DNA of 64,000 nucleotides from an uncultured Clostridia bacterium (GTDB taxonomy: Bacteria > Bacillota > Clostridia > Christensenellales > CAG-314): positions 65,285-129,284 of the forward strand of contig CANQYT010000001.1 of NCBI GenBank assembly GCA_947628135.1. The letters are read 5' to 3'. The translations under genes and the position numbers were made by a program. A model generated the notes under the pieces. It was given only the letters and a program-made list of their open reading frames with translations, ran no database searches and was not told where the DNA came from. How positions within the stretch are numbered: position 1 is the stretch's first letter; each line of letters opens with the position of its first letter. This document shows positions 35,053 to 46,095 of the stretch, piece after piece.

Positions 35053-36075
35053 TCAGCTACTTTTCGGTTCGTCGTCGTCCTCCGGCGCACAGTTTTCGCC
35101 GCCGTCGGCAACGCGTTCCGCACCCGTTTCATTCGGCGCGTCGCCGTTTGCGTTTCTTGCCGCTTTGCGTTTTGCGGCAAGCGACGGTGCAAGTTCCACC
35201 AGCAAAACTGCCGCTACCACCAACACGCCGCCCACAGCCGTCTGCCAGACGAAACTTTCCATTCCCACCGCCACGGAGAGAATTGCGCCTATCGGAGATT
35301 CGCAGGCGAGCAGCAGCGAAGTTTCGGTCGGGGACAAACGCGTCTGCGCGTAAGTTTGGGCGTAGTAGGCAAAGGCAGTGCCGCCCAACGTCACTATCGC
35401 CAGCCGCCACAGACCGTAGCCGACGTCGAATTTCATCGCGGCGTAGTGTTTGCTTTCGAATATAAGCGAGTACGCGGCAAACAAAATCGCCGCAAACGTT
35501 ACCTGCCAGAAAGTAAGTTGAACGTAGTCCGTTTTTTTCTTTTTCAGCACGTAGTCCGCCCACACTATCTGCAACGCAAAGGCTATCGCGCCCGCAAACG
35601 TAAGCAGGTCGCCCTTTGCCGTCGCGCCGCTTTCTTCGTGCGTAAAATTGAGCAGCACCAATCCGCCTATCGCGACGGCTGTTCCCGCAAATACCGCCCA
35701 ATGCGGACGGCGGCGGTACACGAGCCAAGCCACAAAGGGTACGGGCACAACGTAAAAAGCCGTGAAGAAACCGCTGTGAGAGGGAGTGGTGTACTTCATT
35801 CCCACCACCTGAACAAGAAATCCGACAAACAGCAACGCTCCGCCCACCGCTCCGTACAGAAGCGTCTTGCCGCCGATACGTATGCGTTTGTTGAACACGG
35901 CAAGCAGCAGCGGCACGGACACGCCGAAGCGTACCGCGTTGAGCAAGGAGGGGGTTTCTGCAAAGGTAGTGCCCACGAGTTGCGCGTTCAGCACAAATCC
36001 CGCTCCCCAAAAGATCGCCACCGCGCCGAGCATCAGCAATCCCGTCAGATGTTGTTTTTTCTCAGTCAGTCCCAT
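35053..36075 (-). CDS. DMT-superfamily (EamA-like) transporter
   Basis: 10-TM pattern. The start was chosen at MGLTEKKQHLTG. The C-terminal tail is charged. Confidence 0.7.
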   Translation of the reverse strand: MGLTEKKQHLTGLLMLGAVAIFWGAGFVLNAQLVGTTFAETPSLLNAVRFGVSVPLLLAVFNKRIRIGGKTLLYGAVGGALLFVGFLVQVVGMKYTTPSHSGFFTAFYVVPVPFVAWLVYRRRPHWAVFAGTAVAIGGLVLLNFTHEESGATAKGDLLTFAGAIAFALQIVWADYVLKKKKTDYVQLTFWQVTFAAILFAAYSLIFESKHYAAMKFDVGYGLWRLAIVTLGGTAFAYYAQTYAQTRLSPTETSLLLACESPIGAILSVAVGMESFVWQTAVGGVLVVAAVLLVELAPSLAAKRKAARNANGDAPNETGAERVADGGENCAPEDDDEPKSS

Positions 36076-36357
36076 AGAAAAATAAAAACGACAAACCGTT
36101 AATATTAGTCTGTCGTTGCATTTCCGAGGCGAATGGACACGGGATCTCTCCCACATTTCCGTCGGATATTTCGTTTGGTATATTATATGCGATTTTTCTT
36201 TTTTTGTCAACTGCCAAGCGCGCAACTTTTTTTGTCGGCGTTGAAACAAACTTTTGTGCCGTGTATTGGTTTCAAATAATTGCCTTTATTTCAAACTGAT
36301 GTTAAAATATATTCTGTGCGAACATTCGCACGTTACAATCTTTTTGCAGAGGAAAAT

Positions 36358-37830
36358 ATGAGAACAAGCGGAATTTTGTTGCACGTCACGTCTTTGCCCG
36401 GTTCAAGCGGCGTAGGCACGCTTGCCGAGGCGGACAGATTTATTCAATTTTTGCGCGCAGCCAAGCAAACTTATTGGCAGATTCTTCCCATTACGCCCAC
36501 CGATTTCGTAAACTCTCCCTATGCCTCCCCGTCGGCTTTTGCGGGCAACACCCTCGTCATAGACGCAGACGAACTGTGCCGCGAGGGGCTTATTAACGAG
36601 GACAGTTTGCTGCAATCCAAACAGGCGCGGGGCAACGACTACGGTTACGCTATTTATCACAAGGAAAGACTACTTCGCGAGGCGTTTGCCAACTTTATCA
36701 AAAACGACCCTCCTGCCGAATATACGCAATTTTGCGAGGACAACGCTTTCTGGTTGGAGGACTACGCGTTGTTTTGCGCGCTGAAAAAGCACTTCGGCGG
36801 AAAATCCTGGTTGGAGTGGGAGGACGAAGATATACGTATGCGCAAAGCGGAGGCGATGGAACGCTACGCGTCGCTGCTTTCCGACGAAACGGATTACGTC
36901 CGTTTCTGCCAATACGTATTCGCTCGTCAGTGGCGGCAATTCCGCGACAAATTGCGCGCCGCAGACATAAAGTTGATTGGCGACATTCCCATCTACGTGG
37001 CGTACGATTCCGCCGACGTATGGGCGCATTCCGAACTGTTCGACCTCACTTCCGACCGCCGTCCGAGTTGGGTGGCGGGCGTTCCTCCCGACTATTTTTC
37101 GGAGGACGGACAGCTGTGGGGCAATCCGCTGTACGATTGGGACGCAATGAAAAAGGAGCGCTACGCTTGGTGGACTCGCCGCGTAGGCAAGTGCGCGGAA
37201 CTTATGGACGTGCTGCGTATAGACCACTTCCGCGCGTTCGACAGTTACTACGCCATCAAGTACGGCGAAAAAACGGCGCGCAAAGGACATTGGAGGCGCG
37301 GCATAGGTTACGACTTTCTCAAACATATTCAGGACAGTTTCCCCGACCTCACGGTGATAGCGGAGGACCTCGGAGACATTCCGCACAGCGTTTTGGAATT
37401 GCGTGACAAATGCGGGCTTGCGGGTATGAAGATAGTGCAGTTCGGCTGCGACGGCAACCGCGCAAATCCCTTTTTGCCCGCCAACTTCAACGAGCATTGC
37501 GTAGCCTACCTCGGCACGCACGACAACGACACTACCCTCGGTTGGTGGCAGAGTTTACAACCGTGGCAGCAGCAGACGGCTCTCGACGTAACGGGGCTGG
37601 ACAACGGCGAACACATAGCGCACAAGTTGATAGAACTGCTTGCCGAAAGCCGCGCCGAAACGGTAATTTACAGTATGCAGGACGTTGTGGAAAACGACAC
37701 GTCGGCGCGTATGAACATTCCGGGCACACTCGGTTGTTGGAAATATATGGCAAAGCGCGGAGATCTCTCCAAGAAGAACGCCGCGTGGTTGGCTGAACTC
37801 ACGGTCAGAACGCACAGAACGGAGGAGTGA
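36358..37830 (+). CDS. malQ: 4-alpha-glucanotransferase (amylomaltase, GH77)
   Basis: SGILLHVTSLPGSSGVGTL, IKLIGDIPIYVA, LRIDHFRAF and GTHDNDT. Confidence 0.88.
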   Translation: MRTSGILLHVTSLPGSSGVGTLAEADRFIQFLRAAKQTYWQILPITPTDFVNSPYASPSAFAGNTLVIDADELCREGLINEDSLLQSKQARGNDYGYAIYHKERLLREAFANFIKNDPPAEYTQFCEDNAFWLEDYALFCALKKHFGGKSWLEWEDEDIRMRKAEAMERYASLLSDETDYVRFCQYVFARQWRQFRDKLRAADIKLIGDIPIYVAYDSADVWAHSELFDLTSDRRPSWVAGVPPDYFSEDGQLWGNPLYDWDAMKKERYAWWTRRVGKCAELMDVLRIDHFRAFDSYYAIKYGEKTARKGHWRRGIGYDFLKHIQDSFPDLTVIAEDLGDIPHSVLELRDKCGLAGMKIVQFGCDGNRANPFLPANFNEHCVAYLGTHDNDTTLGWWQSLQPWQQQTALDVTGLDNGEHIAHKLIELLAESRAETVIYSMQDVVENDTSARMNIPGTLGCWKYMAKRGDLSKKNAAWLAELTVRTHRTEE

Positions 37831-37832
37831 CG

Positions 37833-39692
37833 ATGAACAAATTTACGAGTTTCTACAACGGCGACAGCACAGACGCGTACGAATTGCTGGGCTGCCACAG
37901 AGTAAGCGAAGGGCTGTATCACTTCGCCGTGTGGGCGCCCAACGCCAAGGACGTATGCGTGGTGGGCGACTTCAACAATTGGCTGTTTGCTCACGACAAG
38001 ATGCAGTTGGAGGACGGTATCTGGCAGATAACGGTGGAAGCGCGCCGCGGCGATTGCTACAAATTCGCTATCACAACGCAATGGGGCGGCATACTCTACA
38101 AGGCGGACCCGTACGCAAGGTATTCCGAACTGCGCCCAAAAACCGCAAGCATAATCTACGACCCGGAAGAACCGTTTGAGTGGTCGGACGCCGCTTGGGT
38201 GGAACGGCAGAAGAAAAAGGACATATACAAGAGTCCCGTAAATATCTATGAGGTACACGCGGGAAGTTGGCGCAGACACTACGACGGGCGTATGTACAGT
38301 TACCGCGATCTCGCCAAGTATCTCGTGCCTTACGTAAAAAAGATGGGCTACACCCACGTGGAATTTATGCCGCTGATGGAACACCCGTTCGACGGCAGTT
38401 GGGGCTACCAAGTGACGGGCTTTTATTCGCCCACGAGCCGTTACGGCACGCCGGACGATCTCAAATATCTTATAAACAAATTCCACAAAGCGGGCATAGG
38501 CGTAATATTGGATTGGGTCCCCGCGCATTTCTGCAAGGACGCGCACGGCTTGATGGAATTCGACGGAACTTGCTGTTACGAGAGCGCCGACGAATTCAAA
38601 AAGGAACACAAGGGCTGGGGAACGCGTATTTTCGATTATTCGCGTTACGAAGTGCAGAGTTTCCTCGTATCCAACGCGCTTTATTGGCTCAAAGAGTTTC
38701 ATCTGGACGGTTTGCGCGTGGACGCGGTGGCAAGTATGCTGTATCTCGACTACGACAGACAGGACGGCGAATGGCGTCCCAACAAGTGGGGCGGCAAGGA
38801 GAACCTCGAAGCCATCGACTTTTTGCGTAAGTTGAGTTGCAAAGTGTTCGAAGCCTGTCCCTACGCGCTGTTCGTCGCGGAGGAATCGACGGCATTCCCC
38901 AAGGTCACTCACCCCACCTACGTGGGCGGTCTGGGCTTCAACTACAAGTGGAATATGGGTTGGATGAACGACGTGCTGTCCTATATGAAGACGGACACGC
39001 TCTGGCGGGCGGAACATCACAATCAACTGACTTTCTCTATGTGCTACGCGTACAGCGAAAACTTCATTTTGCCCTTGTCTCACGACGAAGTGGTGCATTT
39101 GAAGGGCAGTCTCATCAACAAGATGTTCGGCGACTACGACACGAAATTCGCTCAACTCAAAGCGCTGCTCGGTTTTCAATACGCCCACCCCGGCAAGAAA
39201 CTGAACTTTATGGGCGTGGAACTTGCGCAGTGGAACGAATGGACGGAAACGAAAGAGTTGGATTGGCTGTTGCTCGCTTACCCCAAGCACGACAGTCACA
39301 AGTTGTTCGTTCAGACGCTTAACGGCATATACAAAAAGTACAAACCTCTCTATCAGAACGATTCCGATTGGCAAGGTTTCCGTTGGCGGCTTGCCGACGA
39401 CAGCAGCAATTCGGTGCTTGCTTTCGAACGCGTTGACAAGAAGGGCGACGTTATGCTCGTCATCATCAATTTCAGCGTATACGACTACCGCAAGTACGGT
39501 TTCTTCATCGACAAAGGGGACTACACGCTGCTTCTCGACAGCGACGAACTGCGTTTCGGCGGCAGGGGAGTGGAAACCGTCGGAGAGATACACACAAGCG
39601 ACGAGGGCTATGCGGAGTTTACGCTGCCCGCAAGCAGCGTTTTGTACTACTACAAATCCGCCGCAAAACAATCAAAAAAACAGGGAGACTGA
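37833..39692 (+). CDS. glgB: 1,4-alpha-glucan branching enzyme
   Basis: YEVHAGSWR, GYTHVEFMPLMEHPFDGSWGYQ, DWVPAHF, LDGLRVDAVASMLY, AEESTAFP and LSHDEVVH. The GGAGGAG RBS overlaps the malQ stop. Confidence 0.9.
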   Translation: MNKFTSFYNGDSTDAYELLGCHRVSEGLYHFAVWAPNAKDVCVVGDFNNWLFAHDKMQLEDGIWQITVEARRGDCYKFAITTQWGGILYKADPYARYSELRPKTASIIYDPEEPFEWSDAAWVERQKKKDIYKSPVNIYEVHAGSWRRHYDGRMYSYRDLAKYLVPYVKKMGYTHVEFMPLMEHPFDGSWGYQVTGFYSPTSRYGTPDDLKYLINKFHKAGIGVILDWVPAHFCKDAHGLMEFDGTCCYESADEFKKEHKGWGTRIFDYSRYEVQSFLVSNALYWLKEFHLDGLRVDAVASMLYLDYDRQDGEWRPNKWGGKENLEAIDFLRKLSCKVFEACPYALFVAEESTAFPKVTHPTYVGGLGFNYKWNMGWMNDVLSYMKTDTLWRAEHHNQLTFSMCYAYSENFILPLSHDEVVHLKGSLINKMFGDYDTKFAQLKALLGFQYAHPGKKLNFMGVELAQWNEWTETKELDWLLLAYPKHDSHKLFVQTLNGIYKKYKPLYQNDSDWQGFRWRLADDSSNSVLAFERVDKKGDVMLVIINFSVYDYRKYGFFIDKGDYTLLLDSDELRFGGRGVETVGEIHTSDEGYAEFTLPASSVLYYYKSAAKQSKKQGD

Positions 39693-39696
39693 ATAA

Positions 39697-42117
39697 ATGG
39701 AAACAGCATACGGCAATTTGACCAAATCGCGTATCAGAGATATGATAGAAAGCGCCTCCAACAAGGCGTACGGCATTTCGGCGAGCGAACTTACCGTATC
39801 GCAACTGTACAAATGCGTTGCGAGCGTAGTGCGGGATATGCTTTTGGAAAAGCGCACCGCTTTCAACAGACAGCACAAAGCGCGGGACAGAAAACGCGTT
39901 CACTATCTGTCGATGGAATTTCTGATGGGGCGCAGTCTCAAAAACAACCTTTACAATATGGAGATGGAGTCGCTGTTTGCGGACACTCTCAAAAAGTACT
40001 ATTACGTTGACATAGCGGACGTTTACGACTGCGAACCGGACGCGGGATTGGGCAACGGCGGATTGGGCAGGCTTGCCGCTTGCTATCTGGACTGCCTCGC
40101 CAAGGAAAACTATCCCGTAATGGGACATTCTCTGCGTTTCGAGTACGGATTTTTCCAACAGAAGATAGTGGACGGCTGGCAAACCGAATTGCCGGAAAAT
40201 TGGCTTCCCGGCGGCGAGGTGTGGCTCAAAGAGCGCGCCGACAAGACGCAGGTGGTGCGTTTCGGCGGCGAAGTAAAGGAAATTTGGACGGATCGCGGTC
40301 CTGTTTTCCAACAGGTAAACTGTCAGGAAGTAAAGGCGTTCCCCTACGATATGGTGGTGGAAGGTTACGACGCCACCGCGGTGGGCGTACTGCGTTTGTG
40401 GGCGGCGCGTCCCAACAAGCCCTTCGATTTCCGCACGTTCGGTCAGGGCGAATATCTCAGGGCGTTGGAGGAACAGTCTCAGGCGGAAATGATCACCAAG
40501 GTTCTGTACCCCAACGACGACCACGAAGAGGGCAAGACGCTTCGTCTCAAACAGGAATATTTCCTCGTGTCCGCCGCAATGCAGAACGTCGTCTCCGACC
40601 ACTACAAGCGTTACGGCAACTTTGACAAATTCACCGATCTCGTTGCGGTACACATCAACGACACTCACCCCGCGCTCTGCGGTCCGGAACTGATGCGTAT
40701 TTTCGTGGACGAATATCATCTCGATTGGGACAAGGCGTGGTCTATGGTAAAGTCCGTCACAGCCTACACCAACCACACGGTAATGGCGGAGGCGTTGGAG
40801 TGCTGGCCCGAATACATTTTCCAGCGGCTGCTTCCCCGTATTTATCAGATAATAGTGGAAATAAACAAGCGCGCCTGCAAGGAATTTTTCGACAAAACGC
40901 AGGATTTCAAAAAGGTCTCCGACCTTGCCATCATCGCCTACGGACAGGTGCGTATGGCAAATCTGTCGATAATCAGTTCGCACAGCGTCAACGGCGTAAG
41001 CGAATTGCACAGCGAAATACTCAAAAAGGACCTTTTCCGCAACTTTTACGAATTGCAGCCCGATCTGTTCTGCAACGTTACCAACGGAATAGCGCACCGC
41101 AGATGGCTTTGTCAGGCAAACCCGGGGCTTACCGCGTTGATAACCGACCTCATAGGGGACGGTTTCAAGTCCGACGCCTCTCAACTTACCAAACTTAACG
41201 GCTTTTTGGACGACGAGGAAGTACACAAACGTATGGCGCAGATAAGGCTTGGCAACAAGCAACGCTTTGCACAGCACGCAATGCAGCGTTTGGGGGTGAA
41301 GATAGACCCGAACACGCGTTTCGACGTGCAGATAAAACGCCTGCACGAGTACAAGCGGCAACTGCTCAACGTCCTCAAAATCATCAGTCTGTACCACGAC
41401 CTCAAAGAAGACCCCGACCTCGACGTAACTCCGCAGACGTACATTTTCGGAGCGAAAGCCGCCCCGAGTTACTACGCCGCAAAGGAAGTTATCAAACTTA
41501 TCTGCTGTATTCAGAAAGACCTGGAAAGCAATCCCCGTATCCGTCAAAAACTCAACGTTGTGTTTATGGAAAATTACAGCGTAACTATGGCGGAAGATCT
41601 CATTCCCGCGGCGGATATATCCGAACAAATTTCTCTTGCGGGTAAAGAAGCGAGCGGCACGTCCAATATGAAGTTTATGATAAACGGCGCTATCACGTTG
41701 GGCACTTTGGACGGCGCAAACGTCGAAATCCACGACAGCGTGGGCGACGACAACATATTCATCTTCGGTATGAACGCCAACGAAGTCGCCGAACTGTGGG
41801 AGACGGGCTACAACAGCACTTCCTACTACTTCAAGATACCCAAACTGCGCGTTATCATAGAGGAACTGAACAACGGTTTCGGCGGCGAAACGTTCGAGAA
41901 CATAAGCAACTATCTGCTGCGCAACTATCCCGTTGCCGACCCCTATATGTGCTTTGCCGATTTCTCCGACTATATGGCGGCGTACGACAAATTGGACGCG
42001 GCGTACAAGGACGTAAACCGTTGGAACAAAATGTCTTTGAAGAACGTCGCCGAAGCGGGACGTTTCTCCGCAGACCGCGCCGTAAAGGAATACGCAACCA
42101 AGATTTGGAGAATGTAA
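39697..42117 (+). CDS. glgP: Glycogen/maltodextrin phosphorylase (GT35)
   Basis: YLSMEFLMGRSL, GLGNGGLGRLAACYLDS-like, and the PLP site EASGTSNMKFMINGA. Confidence 0.9.
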   Translation: METAYGNLTKSRIRDMIESASNKAYGISASELTVSQLYKCVASVVRDMLLEKRTAFNRQHKARDRKRVHYLSMEFLMGRSLKNNLYNMEMESLFADTLKKYYYVDIADVYDCEPDAGLGNGGLGRLAACYLDCLAKENYPVMGHSLRFEYGFFQQKIVDGWQTELPENWLPGGEVWLKERADKTQVVRFGGEVKEIWTDRGPVFQQVNCQEVKAFPYDMVVEGYDATAVGVLRLWAARPNKPFDFRTFGQGEYLRALEEQSQAEMITKVLYPNDDHEEGKTLRLKQEYFLVSAAMQNVVSDHYKRYGNFDKFTDLVAVHINDTHPALCGPELMRIFVDEYHLDWDKAWSMVKSVTAYTNHTVMAEALECWPEYIFQRLLPRIYQIIVEINKRACKEFFDKTQDFKKVSDLAIIAYGQVRMANLSIISSHSVNGVSELHSEILKKDLFRNFYELQPDLFCNVTNGIAHRRWLCQANPGLTALITDLIGDGFKSDASQLTKLNGFLDDEEVHKRMAQIRLGNKQRFAQHAMQRLGVKIDPNTRFDVQIKRLHEYKRQLLNVLKIISLYHDLKEDPDLDVTPQTYIFGAKAAPSYYAAKEVIKLICCIQKDLESNPRIRQKLNVVFMENYSVTMAEDLIPAADISEQISLAGKEASGTSNMKFMINGAITLGTLDGANVEIHDSVGDDNIFIFGMNANEVAELWETGYNSTSYYFKIPKLRVIIEELNNGFGGETFENISNYLLRNYPVADPYMCFADFSDYMAAYDKLDAAYKDVNRWNKMSLKNVAEAGRFSADRAVKEYATKIWRM

Positions 42118-43965
42118 ATGGACTACGTAAGATACGATCCCACCGATGAATTTTACAAATCGGTAGTAGGCGCGGTAAGCGAAGGCACAAGTTTCGGCAT
42201 ACGTTTGCAGATATACGAAACGGTAAATCCGTCCAAAGTAACTTTGACGGTGTACGGCGACGACGGCGTGTTCCGCAAGGACTACGTTATGTACAAGGAC
42301 CGCAGCGGCGACGGCTACGACAACTACCTTGCGGACGTTCAACTGAAAAAGGGTCTGTATTGGTACTATTTCGTGTTGGACGGCGTCACTTACGAACGCT
42401 ACGTGGGTATGGGCGACGACGCGAGGGCGGCGATGTTTTTCGAAAACGTCCGTCCCTATCAACTTTCCGTCTACAAAAAGCAGTACGACACTCCCGCTTG
42501 GCTCAATAAAGGCGTGATGTACCAGATAATGGTAGACCGCTTCTGCGCAACGGGCGAGACCGTCGCCATCGAGGACAAAATTATGCGTCATTGGGGCGAA
42601 CAGCCCTTCTATCGCGAAGAAGACGGCGTTGTGCGCAACAGAGACTTTTTCGGCGGCAATCTCAAAGGGATAATATCCAAACTCGATTATCTGCGCTCTC
42701 TCAACGTGACTGTGCTGTATCTCAACCCCATCTTCAAGGCGTACAGCAATCACAAGTACGACACCGAAGATTACGAACTGATAGACCCGATGTTCGGCAC
42801 GGAAGAGGACTTTCGCGAACTTTGTTCGGAAGCGGACAAACGCGGTATCAGGGTGATATTGGACGGCGTGTACAATCACGTGGGCAGTACAAGCAAGTAT
42901 TTCAACCGCGGCAAAAAGTACGGCGAAGGCGGCGCATACAACGATTCGTCCTCTCCCTACCGCGATTGGTTCAACATCTATCCCGACGGCAGTTACGAAT
43001 GTTGGTGGAACTTCCAGAGTCTGCCCCGTATCAACGCCGAAAGCCGCGGCGCGCAGCGGTATTTCACCTCCAAAAACGGCATCGTTCCGCGTTGGCTCAG
43101 AGCGGGCGCTTCCGGTTGGCGGTTGGACGTGGTGGACGAGATAGCCGACTGTATGTTGGACAAGATAGTGGCTTCCGCCAAGAAAGAAAAACCCGACTCC
43201 GTAATCATAGGCGAAGTGTGGGAGGACGCCTCCAACAAAGTGGACTACGGGCGTCGCCGTCACTATCTCGACGGCAGTCAGTTGGATTCCGTAATGAACT
43301 ATCCGCTGATGAACGGCATAATTTCCTTTGTCCGCGACGGCGACGAGCAGGCGTTGAGCCGCGTTGTATTCGACACGGTCAACAATTATCCCCGTTTCAT
43401 ACGCAACAATCTGATGAACATTTTGGGTACGCACGACACGGCGCGGATACTCACCAATCTTGCGGGCGCGCGTTTGGACAACGCTCCGAAAGAGGCGATG
43501 GCGCGCACCCGTCTCAACGATTACCAATACAAGGAGGGGTGCAAACTGCTCAAAATCGCCGCCGTTCTTCAATACACGATGTTCGGTTTCCCCTGCGTGT
43601 TCTACGGAGACGAGGCGGCAGTGGAGGGCTACAAAGACCCGTTTTGCCGCGTTTGCTATCCTTGGGGCGAGGAAAACAAACTTATGTTGGATTTCTACCG
43701 CCGCTTGGGCGAACTGAGAAAAATGCCCGTGTTCGCCGACGGAGATTTCCACCAACTTGCGGCGGAAAGAAGCGTTTACGCATTCGAACGGGTGGACACG
43801 GAAACGGATTCGCAGGCTATCGTCGCAGTCAACCGCGGCGACGACGTATACAAACTGTATCTCGGCGACACGTACGAGGACGTACTGACGGGAAGAAAGT
43901 ATTCCAAGAGTTGCCATTTGCAGCACAACGGCTACGTCATCTTGCGCAAACTGCCGCAAAAGTAA
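42118..43965 (+). CDS. GH13 alpha-amylase-family enzyme (neopullulanase/cyclomaltodextrinase-like)
   Basis: YQIMVDRF, LNPIFKAYSNHKYDTEDY, VILDGVYNHVG, GWRLDVVDEI, IGEVWEDA and LGTHDTARI. Its ATG directly abuts the glgP stop. Confidence 0.82.
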   Translation: MDYVRYDPTDEFYKSVVGAVSEGTSFGIRLQIYETVNPSKVTLTVYGDDGVFRKDYVMYKDRSGDGYDNYLADVQLKKGLYWYYFVLDGVTYERYVGMGDDARAAMFFENVRPYQLSVYKKQYDTPAWLNKGVMYQIMVDRFCATGETVAIEDKIMRHWGEQPFYREEDGVVRNRDFFGGNLKGIISKLDYLRSLNVTVLYLNPIFKAYSNHKYDTEDYELIDPMFGTEEDFRELCSEADKRGIRVILDGVYNHVGSTSKYFNRGKKYGEGGAYNDSSSPYRDWFNIYPDGSYECWWNFQSLPRINAESRGAQRYFTSKNGIVPRWLRAGASGWRLDVVDEIADCMLDKIVASAKKEKPDSVIIGEVWEDASNKVDYGRRRHYLDGSQLDSVMNYPLMNGIISFVRDGDEQALSRVVFDTVNNYPRFIRNNLMNILGTHDTARILTNLAGARLDNAPKEAMARTRLNDYQYKEGCKLLKIAAVLQYTMFGFPCVFYGDEAAVEGYKDPFCRVCYPWGEENKLMLDFYRRLGELRKMPVFADGDFHQLAAERSVYAFERVDTETDSQAIVAVNRGDDVYKLYLGDTYEDVLTGRKYSKSCHLQHNGYVILRKLPQK

Positions 43966-43996
43966 CGACAAATTTTGCGCAAATTCGCTTAAACGT

Positions 43997-44025
43997 TTGA
44001 CTTATTTCGGCGTAAGGATTATATT
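43997..44025 (+). promoter_or_regulatory. Sigma-A-type promoter
   Basis: TTGACT, a 17-nt spacer, then TATATT. Confidence 0.45.
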
Positions 44026-44040
44026 TGTTTCAGAGAGATT

Positions 44041-45006
44041 TTGTACAATACGATTACAAAATCTCTTTTGTTTGGAGAGTACGCAAAGTTGACGAAGATC
44101 ACCGCAAAAAGCGTTTTGACAAAACTCAAAGAATATTTCTGGCTGACGGTGGCGGGCACGCTCAACGCGATAAGCCTGTACACTTTTCTCAACCCCTCCA
44201 AGTTGATTGCGGGCGGTTTCAGCGGGCTGAGTTCGGCGCTTACGTATATTCTCCGATTGTTCATTCACACGGTGGACTACGACAGACTTATGTCGATAGT
44301 GTATTTTGTTCTCAACATTCCCCTGCTGATTTGTTCCGTAGTGCTGCTGCGCGGCGACTTCACGATAAAAACCGTCTACGCCACCTGCGTATGTACGGGG
44401 GTGCTTGCTGTTTTGCCCGTGGTGCATTTTCCGCAGTTTACCGAATCGCGTATCATCGCGGTGATTTTCGGCGCGGTGATGATAGGTTTTGCTATGCACA
44501 TCGCAAGCGAGTACAACGGCTCAAACGGCGGCACGGAGATAGTGGCGCGTATAGTCGCCAAATACCGCCCGGAAATTGATTTGTCCAAGGTGATTATGCT
44601 TGCCAATTTCGTGATAAACGTCATTGGAAGCGTCATCGTGATAGTGATAGAAAAGGAAAGCGCCGCGGTGGTAATTTATTCCTTCGCATACGTAATTCTC
44701 GGGTCTACCTTTATGGGAATGTTCAAACGCGGCTTCAATCATCCGCAAAAGTTTATGATAGTCACCTCCGAGTACGAACGGCTGATTTCCGACATAACCG
44801 CCTACTTCAAGCGCGGTTGCAGTTGCGTTGACGTGGATTCGGACGGAGGCGACCGCAAGATAGTGGTAGTTGTCGTGCAGTACAGACAGCGGCAGTACCT
44901 CAAACAACTGATAAAAGCCCGCGACCCGCACGCGTTTGTGTTTGTCAAGGACGTATACGACGTATTCAGCCGTCCCACCTTCAACAGGAGTTACAAAAAC
45001 AAATGA
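44041..45006 (+). CDS. YitT-family (DUF2179) membrane protein; start codon uncertain (TTG)
   Basis: LNPSKLIAGGFSGLS and NGGTEIVARI motifs, plus a C-terminal DUF2179-like VVVQYRQRQYLKQLIKARDPHAFVFV. Confidence 0.7.
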   Translation: MYNTITKSLLFGEYAKLTKITAKSVLTKLKEYFWLTVAGTLNAISLYTFLNPSKLIAGGFSGLSSALTYILRLFIHTVDYDRLMSIVYFVLNIPLLICSVVLLRGDFTIKTVYATCVCTGVLAVLPVVHFPQFTESRIIAVIFGAVMIGFAMHIASEYNGSNGGTEIVARIVAKYRPEIDLSKVIMLANFVINVIGSVIVIVIEKESAAVVIYSFAYVILGSTFMGMFKRGFNHPQKFMIVTSEYERLISDITAYFKRGCSCVDVDSDGGDRKIVVVVVQYRQRQYLKQLIKARDPHAFVFVKDVYDVFSRPTFNRSYKNK

Positions 45007-45980
45007 AACGAGGCTTTTTGTACAATTTCAAACAGTATCTCATCATATTTCTCGCAAGCCTTGCCACGGCTGTGGCGGTGGAAGTGTTCCTGCTGCCCTC
45101 CGACACGATAATAGGCGGCGTGTTGGGCATATCTTCCATTCTGGACCTGTTGCTTTCCGGTCTGTCCGCCGAGAAGTGGTATTTTTCCGCGGGTCTGTGG
45201 CTCATCGCCATCAACATTCCGATAATGATCTACTGCTTCTGCACGTATCGCCGCCGCTTCGCATTGAAAACCACCGTGTATCTGTTGTTTTTGGCGGCGG
45301 AGTTGGTGCTGATGAGAATTCTCAACGTTGCCGAGTTTGTCAAGGGCATAATGTCCGACGACGGCGGCACGTTCGACAAAGTGCTGTACGTGCTGTTGGG
45401 AGGGGCGTTGCACGGTATCTCGTTGCCTATGTTGCTGTCCGTAAACGCGTCTACGGGCGGTACGGACATCGTGGGACTTGCCGTTCAAAAACATTCCAAA
45501 CGCAGCAGCAGCGACGCGATGCGCTTCATTCTGATGGCAAATTTCATCGTCATCGCCGTTTCGTCGGTGGTGTACGGCGCGGTGGGAAAGAGCGCGTCCG
45601 ACGGCGTAAATATGTTTATTTTCTCCGTGGCGGCGCTGTTCGTCTGCGAAATTGTTCAGGAAGTGATTTTCAAAGGGTTCTCTTCGGCGATAGAGTTGGA
45701 AATAACCACCGACAAACCCGCCGAAATGACGGAACAACTCACCACGCAGCTGAAACACGGTCTTACCGCCGTCAAGGTCGTCGGCGGCTACTCTCACCGC
45801 GAAAGGGAAATGCTGCTTTGCGTGATACACAAGTCGCAGCTTGTAAAGGCGCGCCGTATCATCAATCAGGTCGATCCCGACGCGTTTGCCTACGTCGAAA
45901 ACGTCAAAGAAGTGTTGGGCAAAGGCTTTGCCAACAAGGAAAACGAGTTGGAGCAGGAAGAAAGCGGCTCAGCCGAATAG
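45003..45980 (+). CDS. YitT-family (DUF2179) membrane protein, tandem paralogue
   Basis: IIGGVLGISS, STGGTDIVGLAV and CVIHKSQLVKARRIINQVDPDAFAYV. There is a 4-nt overlap with the upstream paralogue. Confidence 0.75.
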   Translation: MKRGFLYNFKQYLIIFLASLATAVAVEVFLLPSDTIIGGVLGISSILDLLLSGLSAEKWYFSAGLWLIAINIPIMIYCFCTYRRRFALKTTVYLLFLAAELVLMRILNVAEFVKGIMSDDGGTFDKVLYVLLGGALHGISLPMLLSVNASTGGTDIVGLAVQKHSKRSSSDAMRFILMANFIVIAVSSVVYGAVGKSASDGVNMFIFSVAALFVCEIVQEVIFKGFSSAIELEITTDKPAEMTEQLTTQLKHGLTAVKVVGGYSHREREMLLCVIHKSQLVKARRIINQVDPDAFAYVENVKEVLGKGFANKENELEQEESGSAE

Positions 45981-46024
45981 GCGGTAGGGCGCAACGGCTT
46001 TTACAAAAATTTCGTATATTTTTC

Positions 46025-46061
46025 AAAAGGACCGTCCCAAAGAGGGGGACAGTCCTTTTTT
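46025..46061. terminator. Bidirectional terminator between convergent genes
   Basis: AAGGACCGTCCC / GGGGACAGTCCTT with flanking A and T runs. Confidence 0.65.
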
Positions 46062-46095
46062 GTCGTTGGTTATGTACAAGAGAGTTGTCGGGCGA

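Noticed and set aside
39619-43971. A 1450-aa ORF on the minus strand spanning the whole of glgP and the GH13 gene.
   Set aside because: It is in exact codon register opposite two clearly real plus-strand genes, both with start coordinate mod 3 = 1. In that register an antisense stop needs a sense TTA, CTA or TCA codon, and this genome evidently avoids those codons. The translated product is low-complexity (V/F/R/H-rich) with no motifs. It is a shadow ORF.
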